64,000 bases of DNA from Octopus vulgaris. Taxonomy: Eukaryota. This document shows, one piece after another, positions 37,643-50,253 of the stretch (its first letter is position 1; every line of letters starts with the position of its first letter). Both the position numbers and the translations under genes were made by a program. The notes beneath the pieces were generated by a model that did no database searches, had not been told where the DNA came from, and saw only the letters and a program-made list of their open reading frames with translations. Where the stretch lies: positions 154,132,001 to 154,196,000 of the forward strand of contig OX597816.1 of the NCBI GenBank assembly GCA_951406725.2, in the 5' to 3' direction.

Positions 37643-39359
37643 GTAATCAATCATGTAGCAATCTCCCTCAATAAATTACCAGTTTAAGATTAAGACTGTT
37701 TAAGTTCTGTTGTGTCTGGGGAGAGTCATTTTCTTTTTGTGCCATATGATTTAACACACTCACCGGTAAAATTTCCACTTAATTCTTATTTTTATTTTCC
37801 TAATAGCTATTTGTATAGTGAAAGAATTGCAAACATAATTTATGATTTAACACTCACCGGTTAAATTTCCACTTAATTCTTATTATAAACTTTATAACAA
37901 GTCCATAAAGAATGACTTGTAATGAATAGAATGCTGTATTCAATTGAGAATTTTCCTATAATCTATATGTCTAAACAGATCCTGAGGTCTGTATCACTAA
38001 GTTACTATTAAACATTTTGTTAGTGACTTTTATGTCATAAAACTGCTTATTTAGAGTAGGCCGGTGTTACTTAACAAGAAGAGCAATACATCTCGTTTGA
38101 ATTGTCTGTGACAACAAAATAACCTTTGACTCCATGAAGACCTTTGTTTTTTTATGGATGTATCAAATCATTAATCTATTATTGTTGTGTAGCCTTGGTG
38201 AGTAGACGTCTATGATATAACCAATCAATAAGCATTTATTATATTACATAGTCATTCTATTTTTATTGTGAGAATACACTGTTCTAAGACACATGTTGTC
38301 TTTATTTTAAAGATGGTAGAGATTTTTTTTGTGTGGATATAGAACAAGTTATATGCTTATATAAAAGTTCTTGAAGTGGATTCATGTAGACTGGCTGAAT
38401 GAACAGCTAAAACTCCCTATTTCATTAAAAACTGTTCTATTTTTTCTATTATTTCAATGAAAATAACTCCCCTTTTCATAGAGATTTTGTAACCATGAAT
38501 GCTTTAAAGATTTGTATGACAATTTCCAAATGTCAAAATAACAGTCCAACAGTTATAGTAACCAAGACAGAGAGTATTCTAGGCATTTTAAAGTTTTAAT
38601 ATTCTACTTAAAGAGGGTGACAAGTGCACCAGGAAAAATGCTTAGTGGCATTTGGTCCATCTTTTACGTTCTGAGTTCAAATTTTGCTGAGGTCAGCTTT
38701 GTCTTTCATCTTTTCAAGGTAGATAAAATAGTACCAGCTGAACACTGGGTCAATGTAATGGACTTACCTCTTCCCCTGAACTTGCTGGCCTTGTGCCAAA
38801 ATTTGAAACCAGTATTCTACTTAAAGAATCTTGTGCTATCATGCAACAAAAACTGTTTCATATCTGTTCTCTAGCAATAATTGTTCAGTACTCTCTTTTT
38901 ATTTTATCATCACATCATTTTAACATCCACTCTTCTATGCTTGCACGAGTCAGATGGAATTCATTGTGGCAGATTTTCTATGGCTGGATGTAAATATTTT
39001 CATGGAAGATTGGTAACAAATGATACAACTTACATCACAGTGACAATCATTTACAACAATCACAATGTCAAGACAAGGAGGCACACGTGAACACACACAC
39101 AGGACTTCTTTCAGTTTCTGTCTACCAAATTCACTTGCAAGGCTTTGGTTAGTTCAGGGCTATAATAGGAGACATTTTCCCTGAGTAACATTCAGTGGGA
39201 CTGAACCTGAACCCATGTGGTTAGAAGGCAAACTTCTTAACTACACAACCATGCCTGTATCTAGCTGTATTTAATAGATTTGTTAACAATAGGAGAATAC
39301 TAATATTGCATCATCTGGGTGCATAAGGAACATAATAAATAATTCGCAATATCCTGCCA

Positions 39360-40102
39360 CTTATGGCATTTAAACCTCAAGGGTATGCTCTGGCACTTGC
39401 CATCATCTATATCTCTCGCTTCCTTGACTCAACCATCCCATTTATTTTCTGATCTCTGTTCCTTGTGAGTGCCTGGCATTTTGCCACCATCTCTGTCCTG
39501 CTGTCTTCCACTCTCTCTCCTCCTACACTTCCCTTAGGTTGGGTAACTGTGTATTTCTTTTGTGGTAGCACACCTATTTCTGTCTTCATTCCTGATCTTT
39601 CTCTCTCCAGCCAGGTAACCTTGAACTTCCTCTACAGCAAGACACCTGTATTTGTCTCACTATAACCTTTTCATCATCTAACACAAGATGACCTCCAATG
39701 CCTCTACCCCTCTTGAAAGTTTTTTTCTTTTTTTTTTTTGTTTTTTGTCTTGCAAGTACTTGGTGATCCTGTCAGTGCAGGTGCCACTTAAAGCACCCAG
39801 TCCACACTGTAAAGTGGTTGGTATTTGGAAGGGCATCCAGCCGTAAAAACCTTGCCAAAACTGACTTTGCCTGCATTTGTGCTATGTAAAAAGCACTACT
39901 TACCTCACCTTCCCTGTACTTGTGCCACAAAAAAAGCACTAAGTCCGCTTTGCTGAGTGGTTGGTGTTAGGAAGGGCATCCAGCTGTAAAAATCCTGCTA
40001 AAACAGTCACAGAAGTCTGGTGCAGGCTTCAGCCTGGCCAGCTCTTGTGAAACCATCCCACCCATGCTAGCATGGAAGGCAGATGTTAAACGATGATGAT
40101 GA
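39360..40102 (+). mobile_element. RTE 3' UTR fragment (pyrimidine-rich subfamily)
   Basis: Homologous to 770-1392; ends gttaaacgatgatgatga. Confidence 0.75.
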
Positions 40103-40169
40103 TTTCCTTTATTTAAAGAATATTATACTATCATCAAAACCTTTGAAAGCAAACTAATGCCCCCAAAGT

Positions 40170-40540
40170 TGCTACAAATGCTCACACTCATTGATGATCC
40201 CTCTTATCAATTTCACATACATAACATGGCAAAACTGTGTCCCAAATACTAGCCTTCCTCTTCAAGACCCGAAAATACTTTGGTTCCAACGGTTACAGAC
40301 TCTCTACAAAGCTAAAGTGATACCCATATTAGAAAACTGTTCCTACATGCAGGATGTTGCTGTAGCTATGTGCATGAATATTTTCGATCCCATTTGATGG
40401 ATTGACTTAGAGTTACCAGTATACTTTAATCTCTAACCTGCAGCAGCCATGCTGTCTCATCTCACTGCTTTTTTTACCATTACTATATTGGCCTCTACTC
40501 CTCTGAGCGAGTTGGCTCTGTATTGCTTCCACCCAAGTCC
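40170..40540 (+). mobile_element. Old L2/CR1-group LINE 3' fragment
   Basis: LQTLYKAKVIPILENCS resembles LYKAxVRPxLEYxS; downstream FYHYYIGLYSSE resembles FYRYYxGxCSSE. Confidence 0.5.
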
Positions 40541-42961
40541 ACCTTTATCCAAACTATAGATAAAGCTGGTCTAACCATACCCTGAGACCCCTTTTGAGAT
40601 TATAGAAGTTCTTGCTCTTCATTTAATTTTTTCAGTATTTGCTTTTATTTTTTTTTTTTTCATTTTTTGTTGACACATTGCAGAGGACACACCTGAATTT
40701 ACTGCAAGGGAGTGAATTGTTGTTTTGTGGTCCATTTTAAATGAGACATTAGTCTCTTCTCAATCACTGTGCTCTTTCTTGGGAGTCATATTCGAGGCTT
40801 GCTCATTTTACCAAAGCAACAGTTGATTAAAGAAAGCAACATTTGTTTCTTCTTTTTGATCATCCAATGAGAGAGCCTTTATGTGGTTGCTTAACTTTCT
40901 TGGAATAGCAGCCAATTGAAACATACCATTTTAAAAAAAGAAAAGCATGTTGGATAATCTTGTCCTGTAATTTATTCAGACTTAAAATAGACAAAACGGA
41001 ATACTACTTCATTGTTTTGAAAATCTCCATCGTCCTCCGTAGAAGCTGATAATAAAACAAATCAGTTTGCAAGCTTAACTATGTTGTGTGAATTACATTT
41101 TATCAAATGAATCTATCCTGATGCAAATAACCTGAGTGCATACACATGTATTTGTAAAGTATATGCAATTCATAAAGAGCCCCTCTAGTTAAGAAGCCTG
41201 ATACAGGATTGGTATCAATATAGTTATTTTATGCTGTATTTGGTTAGCATTTCAAGAGAAGTTGTTTGGTATGAAAAACTATCTTTTGCCAAACTAATTT
41301 CTGTCTTGTAAATTTATATATGTTCTTTACAGACATTGTTAATGTAAATAGAAAGTTTGAGTGAATGAGCAACTTGCTGTTGTTAGCTATTTTGGTCCTC
41401 TCTGAAGCCATTCTAGGCAAGTTGAAGAAAAGTACTCAATGCTACAAACACTCTGCTTGCTGTGTAGTTCTTTACCAATTGCACTGACATCACATGCTAA
41501 GAATGATATTGTTTTCTTTTATCATGGCATGTGCATGCGTGCACACGCATACACACACACACGCATTACGATTAACCTACAATCTTTCAAACAATGAACC
41601 AAATGTTTGCGATAAAGACAGGATGGCCATATTTGAAAATTTTGAGCAAATGCCTTGTTTGATCAACAGACATCTTAGGTGTGTTGTTGAAGTAGAACTG
41701 ACTTCAGCTTCTCAACAACAATAACATAATGATAATTGTTGTTATTACTATTGTAAGAAATTATTGTATTTATTATTTATGTACAGTCTGTAAAGTTCTG
41801 TGTTCAAATACCAAAATATAGGCTTTCAAGGATTACTAAATACACATTTGTCTAGTATTAAGATTAATATAACTGTCTTCCCACCAACAAAAACATGGCC
41901 TTATGTATATGTTATAAACAATTATTTTTATTATAACTTTAGACTCAAGCCAACAAAATTTGGAGATGGATTGTACTTGAATGGTATTAATTTTATTTAC
42001 TCTGGAAGAATTAGTGTCAAAGTTAAAATTTTGATCTTATCAAAATCTGAACCCATAACATGATAGGATATCACAAAGTATTTTGTTCAGCTCCTTACCA
42101 AGTTTGCCATGAACCCTGTTATATGATAAAATCTACAACAACAATTATATTCTAATTGTTATAATCACTGTAAAAGTTACTTGATTTGTGGTATACTTTA
42201 GAAAGCACTGTTAGTCATTTTTTTTTAGTTTGTTATTGCCCTAAAATTTCAACTTTACTTAACTAACCTTGTTTATGAGTACTTTGGAACTATTTCATTA
42301 TGTTTCTCACATATATATGTATGTATATATATATGCATGTTTGTATTGTGTGTGTGTGTGTGTGTGTGAAGGTATGTGACCTAGTGGTTAGAGTGTAGGT
42401 CTCACAATTGTAAAGTCATTGGTTCAATTCCTGGACTGAAATAAACACCAACTGCATTTTGGTGCAGCCCTCACTCCCACTGCCTGTCATGTCCTGGATG
42501 TTTTGCTAGGTCAAGAGATTAGAGGTCTGAAGATGTCATGACTTCAGAGAGACTTAAAACAATTAGTGAAAACATGGTACATGTCACCAAACCATCCCCA
42601 TTTGTTAAGGCATGGCTCTGTGGTTAAGAGGTTTCCTTCCCATTTCAGGTTCAGTCCTACTGTGTAGGCTTTGGGCAAATGGTTTCTGGTATAGCTCTGG
42701 GATAACCAAAACCTTGTGAGTGGATTTGATAGACAGAAACTGAAAGAAGTTCATTGTATGTATGTATATGTGCGTATTATTATAGCTTATGTCTGTTTTC
42801 TATGCGGGCATGGGTTGGACAGTTTGATCAGAGCTAGCAAGCTGGAGAGCTGTACCAAACCAAGTTCTACTATGATTTGGCTTGGTTTCTACTGCTGGAT
42901 ATTTTGCAGAGTGTGCTAGGTGCTTTCTACATGGCACAAGCACAAATGCACTTTACATGGC

Positions 42962-42994
<33 letters not shown>

Positions 42995-43316
42995 CGTCAT
43001 AAACATTTAATGTCGACATGGGTTGAATGGTTTGACAGGAATTGGCAAGGCCAGAGGTCACATCAGGTTCCATAGTCTGTTTTGGCTTGTCTTCTATGGT
43101 TTGATGCCCTTCATAATACTAACCACTCTACAGTAAGTACTGGCTGCTTTTTACATGGCACCATCACTAGTGCTTTTTAAAGTGGAATCTGCACCAGTGC
43201 TTTTTATGTACCACCAAGACCCACACTAATACTTTTTATGTGGCACCTTAGTTTTAGGATCTCAATTCTGTTTTGGTGGTAGGTGGCTTTTCTTGAGTAT
43301 AGCAACATGTCGCATG

Positions 43317-44491
43317 GTGGATAGAAAAAGTTCAAATCAGGCAGACTACAATTAACACATACAGGTTTAGTTACGATAAAATAAGGATTGTCCAAACTGA
43401 AACATATATTGATATATTAGAGATGTAAAAATACATGAATACTAAAAATATACATGAACATATAGCTATATAGATATATAAACATACTAATAATAGAATA
43501 TAAATAAAAATAATAGTGGAATATAGGTAACAAACGTTTTTAAAAAATTTTTTAATATGGTGTAGTAATAGGCATTAAAAATGTTTCTAAAATATAAAAA
43601 AATGGATATATGTTAGAAAAAATAGTGTTCTGACAATCGTTTCTGGAGCTCATTCATCCAAATTACAGATGAATTTTAAGATTCATTTCCAGAGAATATC
43701 CCTTCATCAGAGAAAAAGAAAAATGATCTTTACGCTAGATATGCATTCAGTTCTTTACGAAGGTATGAGAAAATTGGGTGCTTTTATAGAAGAGTGGATA
43801 TAGATATGTAAATTATAGAAGTTTTTTCGAGGGCCAATTGGAATAAAATTAGATTGCTTACTTTCTTTCTTAAAATTTTGGCAATATATTGTTGTGCAAC
43901 AGAAATTAATACTAAGTGGGTTCAAATTTAAATCGTCTCATGAAAGTTGCGTAGTATCCTGTGGTTGCACAAATGAATAGCGTCAGAAAATTTATTTAAA
44001 ACAGTGGAATTAAATATGTGAAGGATAATGTATGATTCTTTTATACACATTCGACATCTGCCAGTAATCGTATAGTATGGTGGGGCCTCATCTTTTATTG
44101 ACCAAGATAATGTATAATTAATGTTCTGTAATTTTAAGTTGTGTATATATCTAGCTAGTGCTGTTGAATTTATGTTTTAACTTACCAAAAGAATTTACAT
44201 GTGTTTTATATCGTTTCTTGAAGTCTTTAGTGCTTCCTATTTATACTATACCATATTTTGAATTTTTAAAAAAATGTTTATCTATATTCCACTATTATTA
44301 TTATCTATATTCTATTATCAGTATGTTTAAATATGTACATACCTATATGTCCATGTATATTTTTAGTATTCATATATTTTTATATTTCTATGTATTTCTA
44401 TATCTCTAATATATCAGTATATGTTTCAGTTTGGACAATCCTTATTTTATCTTGTAGTCTGCCTGATTTTAACTTTTTCCATTCTATCCAC
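43317..44491 (-). mobile_element. Penelope-like element remnant: GIY-YIG C-terminus, hammerhead-bearing 3' region and inverted terminal segment
   Basis: Minus strand about 44135-43928 reads LQNINYTLSWSIKDEAPPYYTITGRCRMCIKESYIILHIFNSTVLNKFSDAIHLCNHR (W...PY...CxxC...LN...CxH). 43317-43600 and 44204-44491 are inverted copies. Confidence 0.8.
43628..43714 (-). ncRNA. Type I minimal hammerhead ribozyme-like motif (Penelope-associated)
   Basis: Minus strand: UUCU-CUGAUGA-[A GGGA...long hairpin...UCC A]-GAAA-CGAUU-GUC-AGAA. Stem I is UUCU/AGAA; stem III is minimal and near-palindromic (ACGAUUGU). Confidence 0.65.
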
Positions 44492-44497
44492 TATACT

Positions 44498-44529
<32 letters not shown>

Positions 44530-45099
44530 CATTATAATAATGATAAATGCCAAAACGAATTTGTGTGTCAGTGTGTCACACTTTGGACCCCCCCCCCCGA
44601 CTCTCTCACTATTCAATGACACTTCTACTCGTCTTGGTGGAGTGAGAGTAATAATCAGATATCCACTGAAGTCGACTTTGACTTTCATCCTTTCAGAGAT
44701 GGTGAGGGCGGTAGTAGATTGACAGTTGAGATGGTAATGGGGTGATAGTAACAGTGTGAGCTGTAGCTGTGATAGAGGCGGTATCCTCTGTCATACCTGC
44801 AATTTCACCTCCCTCCTCTCCCTATCTCTCTGCCAGGACAAATGCAACTAGCTTAGCTGCCCACCTACTTACTCTAACATTAGCATATTAATATTCATAT
44901 TTACTTTCATCAGCTTTTATTTATTTATTTATTTACTTATATCTGCAGCACCAGTAATGCTTAAATTTACGATGTCGATAGTGCTTATACTTACAGTGTG
45001 GCTAACACCTACTCCTACCCCTAGTAGAGGCAACAATCTTAACACACTTGAATGATGACAGGTCAAAAGTGAGAACAGGTGTAGCATGTCTATTGAACA

Positions 45100-47933
45100 A
45101 ACACAAAAACGTCCTTCTTTTCAGACACTGAATAACATCTCCCCTTCCTATGCCTTCTCCCACATTCCTTTCCCAGTTTTTAGAATTGGCACTGTCAATG
45201 TAGACACATTAAAAAGTAGGTCTAGTGAGATTGTAGATATGCTTGAATGGAGATGTGTTGATGCATGCTGCATACAAGAGTTAAGGTGGAGAGGAGCTTC
45301 AGCCAGGGTCCTCATAGGTATAAAATCTTCTGGGAAGGTAACAGTGATGGAGTAGGGGGTGTAGGCATACTCTTTGCAGAGAAATTGGTGGATAAGGTCA
45401 TAGAGGTAGTCAGAGTATGCAGTAGAATGCTTGAGCTCAGGCTAGTCCTGCAGAATAGTATAGCTACAATTATCTCTGCCTATGCTCTGCAAGTGGGCTT
45501 ACTAAATACTCAGAAGGACCACTTTTATGATAACCTTTTACAGGCTACCTCAAAGATGAGTGGCAATGACCTCATCTTTGCAGCTGGAGATTTTAATGTG
45601 CATGTCAGACGGCAATTTGGTAGCTTCCATGGTGTTCATGGGGGCCATGGAATTGATTCCCGAAACGAAGAGGGAACTAGGCTACTGGTGTTCTGTGATG
45701 CAAGCAATGCTAGCTAGATTGATTTCATCCTCACCAGATAGCAGGATGCAAGGTTGCTCTTAAATACAAAGTCCCTCCCTAGTGAAGAATGTACCTCCCA
45801 GCATAGACCAGTCACTAGTGACTTTAGACTTCAGGCCAGAAGGATACCAAAAAGCAGACCAATCCAGAAAAGGATTTGGAAGCTAAAGAACCCTTCACAT
45901 GGTCAGAGATTTAGGGACATCCCCATTGAGAAATTTGATGAGAGGGAGGAACTACAGAGTTGGGACATAGAGGGTCACTGGAAATTCCTACGGGACAGCT
46001 TACTGAGCACCACAGACCAAATCTGCAGCTGGTGCAAAGTCCCATCCAGACCTGAGGTACTGTGGTGGTGGAATAATATGGTAGACAAGGCCATTAGAGC
46101 AAGGAAATAGGATTGGAAAACCTGGAAGAGTGGGTGTAGCAGGAAACTGTACCAGATAGCCAGAAGGGAGGCTGGGCAACAGGCATACATAGCCAAGTAA
46201 GAAGCAGAAAAGAAGTATTTCGAATTGCGAGACTGTGTGTGAAAGAAAATTGTAATGTTACAGGACAGAAATGTGACCACATCGATGATAGTGCACTTGC
46301 TTTTAATGATTCTGCAAAGAAAGAGGCTTGGAGAAGCCATTATGAAAGGCTGCTGAATGTGAAGAATGAATGAAAGGAGGAGTGCCTGCCAAATATTGAC
46401 CCACTCGAGGGACCAGCTACCCGAATTGATACCACCCTGGTAGATAAAGCAATTAAGGATATGAAGCCAGGGAAAGCCCCCAGCTCATCAGAAATTACTA
46501 CTGAGATGCTTAAAATATCTGGTGGTGTGGGTTATGGTCTAGTCACCTGTATTGTAAACCAGGTAGTTCACGAAGTAATCATACCCAATGACTGGCATAG
46601 CACCACCATAATGAACTGCTACAAAGGTAAAAGGGATGCTTTAGATAGAAATAACTACAGGGGTATCAAACTGCTGGATCAGGTGATGAAGATCACAGAG
46701 AGGGTCATAGCCTAACTAATTAGAGAGTCTGCTTAGATGAGATGCAGTTTGGTTTTGTGCCAGGTAGAAGCACCACTGATGCTACATTCCTAGTAAGGTA
46801 ACTGCAGGAGAAATACCTAGCCAAAGATAAACCCCTATACTTGGCTTTTGTTGACTTGGAGAAAGCCTTTGACAGGGTCCCCTGATCCTTTACCTGGTGG
46901 GCGATATGGAAACTAGGGATAGACGAGGGGTTAATAAGAGTTGTACAGGGATGCTGTCAGTAAGAGAAAGGTCGGCAATGAGTATAGTGAAGAATTCTGG
47001 GAAGAAGTCAGGGTTCACCAAGGATCAGCCCTCAGCCTCCTCTTATTCATCATTGTTCTCCAGACAATAACAGAGGAATTCAAGACAGGTTGCCCCTGGG
47101 AGCTCATCTATACTGATGACCTTGCTCTCATAGCAAAATCACTACCAGAACTAGAGAAGAAATTTCAAGTGTGGAAGCAAGGTTTAGAATTGAAGGGCCT
47201 TAGAGTCAATGTTGCAAAAACCAAAGTCCTACTAAGTAGGAAGGTGAACAAATCACAAATCCCTTTAGGTAGATGGCCCTGCTTGATCTGTAGAAAATGT
47301 GTAGGTAGAAGTTCCATAAGATGTACCCAGTGTAAGTTATGGATTTGTAAGAGATGCAGCAACATCAAAGGAAGGTTAACCAGGTTGATAGCTTTTGTGT
47401 GCTGCAGATTCACAGGGGTAATAAACACTGCAGATGCTCAAAAAACAGATTCCATCACATGCCAGGTGGAGAAACTAGAAGTAGTTGATAGTTTCCGCTA
47501 CCTGGGTGACCAAGTCTGTTGTGGGGGTGGATTCTCTGAGAGCTTTGCCACTAGAATAAGAATAGCTTGAGCAAAGTTCAGAAAGCTCCTACCTCTACTG
47601 GTGACAAAGGGCCTCTCGCTCAGAGTGAAAGGTTGACTGTATGATGCTTGTGTATGAACTGCCATCCTGCACGATAGTGAAATATGGGCCATGACTGCTG
47701 AAGACATGCATATGCTTGAAAGAAATGAAGCTAGTATGATTCACTGGATGTGTAATGTCAGTGTGCACACAACAGAGTGTAAGCACCCTGAGAGTAATGT
47801 TGGACATAAGAAGCATCAGATGTGGTGTGCAAGAGAGGTGACTTCGCTGGTATGGTCATGTGCTGTGTATGGGTGAGAAGAGCTGTGTGAAGTAGTGTCA
47901 TTCCCTAACAGTGGAAGAGGTAGACCCCAGGAA
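45100..47933 (+). mobile_element. Near full-length RTE LINE ORF (APE endonuclease, RT, Cys-rich insert), inactivated
   Basis: RIGTVNVDTL, CCIQELRW, GDFNVHV, SQHRPV; GKAPSSSEITTEMLK, NYRGIKLL, QFGFVPGRSTTDA, FVDLEKAFDRV, VHQGSALS, IYTDDLAL; WPCLICRK..CTQCKLWICKRC; multiple stops and frameshifts. Confidence 0.93.
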
Positions 47934-47934
47934 A

Positions 47935-48985
47935 TTGTGCTTAATATGATAATAATAGGAATGGTTATAATTTAAATGCAATTTACATAGGGTTGACTAC
48001 TAATAAAATTAAATTACGAGTGGCTCAACACATGAATTCTTTTAAGAATAGAAATTTAGTTAATTCTACTGGCCTTAGTAAATATATATGGGGACTAGAA
48101 TCTAAAAATATTAAGTACAATTTAAATTGGGAGATAGTTTGTAAGGCAAAATCATATCGAATAGGTAATGATTTTTGTTTATTATGTACTAACAAATTTA
48201 AGGAGATATTATTAACTAATAATAAAAATTTGGTTAATTCCTTTGACGAACGAAAAATTAAATTACTTACATAATAAGTTTAGCTAATTTGTGTATATAT
48301 ATAAACCCTGTTTTATTTTAATAATTGTAGTAGTAAAATGTGTATAAATCAGCATGAGATTATATAGTCTATATTACATAATTAGAATGAGTTGAAAAAT
48401 TAGAAGTTTATAAAATAATTAAAATAAATGAAAATAGATTAAAGAATTTTAGCTTAATTTATGTTTATTATAGTATGTATTTCAGTATTTAGTATTTAAA
48501 TTATTTAGACTTTACAATTTGTCCAGTATATTAATTTTTTTTCCTTATTCTTACAGCTAAAATACATTTGTAATTTTAATAGCTTAAATATATATTTCTA
48601 TCTATTTCTTCTATAAATTCTATTTACGCCATATTTTTACACGATATATTTCTTATAAACGCTAAGTTTGATGTTTTACATTTAAATTGTTAGTTAATGA
48701 AAATCCTTTGACAAGATAAGTTATATTTTTATTTTAAGAAATATTGTTAAACGCTTTTTGATAATTTATAGTTAATACACGTATTTTTTAATATATTTAT
48801 GTGATAATTAGTATAAGTTAAAATAAGTACATTATTATTATTTATTATTATTATTATTTATTTATTTTTTATTATTTATTAACTTAGACCTGATAAGTGA
48901 CTATATTTTTGAATAGAATTAATTTTAGTTCGATTTAATTTTGAATCGAATTGATATTATTATCTATTTGAAAACAAAACTGGCC
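47935..48985 (+). mobile_element. Penelope-like element 3' part (GIY-YIG endonuclease, AT-rich tail, decayed hammerhead)
   Basis: IYIGLTTNKIKLRVAQHMNSF...STGLSKYIW...NWEIVCKAKSY...CLLC; same PLE subtype as 43317-44491. Confidence 0.8.
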
Positions 48986-50253
48986 TGAATGTCTATCCTC
49001 GCCAAACAATTCATGTCTGTAATGCAAGCCATATGCTACAAATGTGTCCCAGAGAGAAAGGCCACTGTACACAAGAGCAAAATCCCCAGAGAGAGGAAAA
49101 TTCTAATGAGACGGCGTACAAAAGTTTCAAATCGCCTAAACAAACAAATTGAAAGCAGTGTAAAGTCCCACCTGAAAATAAAACTGTTGGAAATTGAAAA
49201 ATGTCTGCAACTCTCCCATGAAAAAGAGAGAGCAGACAAAGAAGCCTGAGCTATAGACAACATAAAATCTAACCCCAGAGCTTTCTACAGGTATGCCAAA
49301 GAAACAGCTACGGTGCACTGAAGGATAGGGCCACTCCTTGAAAAGGATGGCACACTCACAGGAAATCCAATGAGGGTAAATGAAATACTAAATGAGCAAT
49401 TCAAGAGTATTTTCACTCCACCCCTATACCACTGCAGATATAAAATCAGAGGCAGCGATGATTGATTACATCAATATAAGGGAAGACAATGTAATAAAGG
49501 CTATTGATGAAATGAAAACAAACTCAGCTACTGGCCCCAATGGATTCCCAGCAATCCTTCTAAAAGTATGTAAGAGAGTCCTAGCAAGACCACTGCAGTT
49601 CCTCTTTCAGAGCTTCCTTGCAACTGGTAAACTCCCAAGAAAACTGAACGAAGGTAAAATATGCCCTATTCATAAAGGAGGTAGCAGAGCGGAGGCCAAG
49701 AACTACAGACCTATCTCTCTGACCTCACACATCAGCAAGGTCATGGAACGAATAGTCAGAAGGAAACTAATCACCTTCCTTGAAGAAAATGACTTGCTGT
49801 CTGACACCCAACTTGGTTTCCGACCAGGAAGAAGCTGCTTAACTCAGCTCCTACAACACTATGACTGGGTGCTGAAATGACTGCTCAACCACTCAAATGT
49901 GGAAGTCATATATCTCGACTTTGCAAAGGCCTTTGATAAAGTCGACCATGGAATGATATGTCACAAACTGCGTGATCTTGGCATAGTTGGAAAATTGGGA
50001 GAATGGCTTCATGACTTTTTGAAGGATAGAAGTCAGGTGGTAGGGCCACTTCCATTAACACGCAAATAGTGAGCAGTGTTCTGCAAGGCACTGTTTTGGG
50101 ACCACTACTGTTCATAATGGCCCTCTCAGACATGCCCTCAGCCACGCAGAGAGCCACGATCACAAGTTATGCATATGATACAAAAGTTTCACAGGCAGTA
50201 CAGAACCCTGAAGACACTAAGCACCTGCAATGTGAGCTGGACAAAATATACAA
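48985..50253 (+). mobile_element. CR1/L2-group LINE RT fragment
   Basis: SATGPNGFPAILLK, PIHKGGSR...NYRPISLTSHISKVMERI, QLGFRPGRSCLTQLL, IYLDFAKAFDKVDH, VLQGTVLGPLLF, YAYDTK. Confidence 0.9.
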
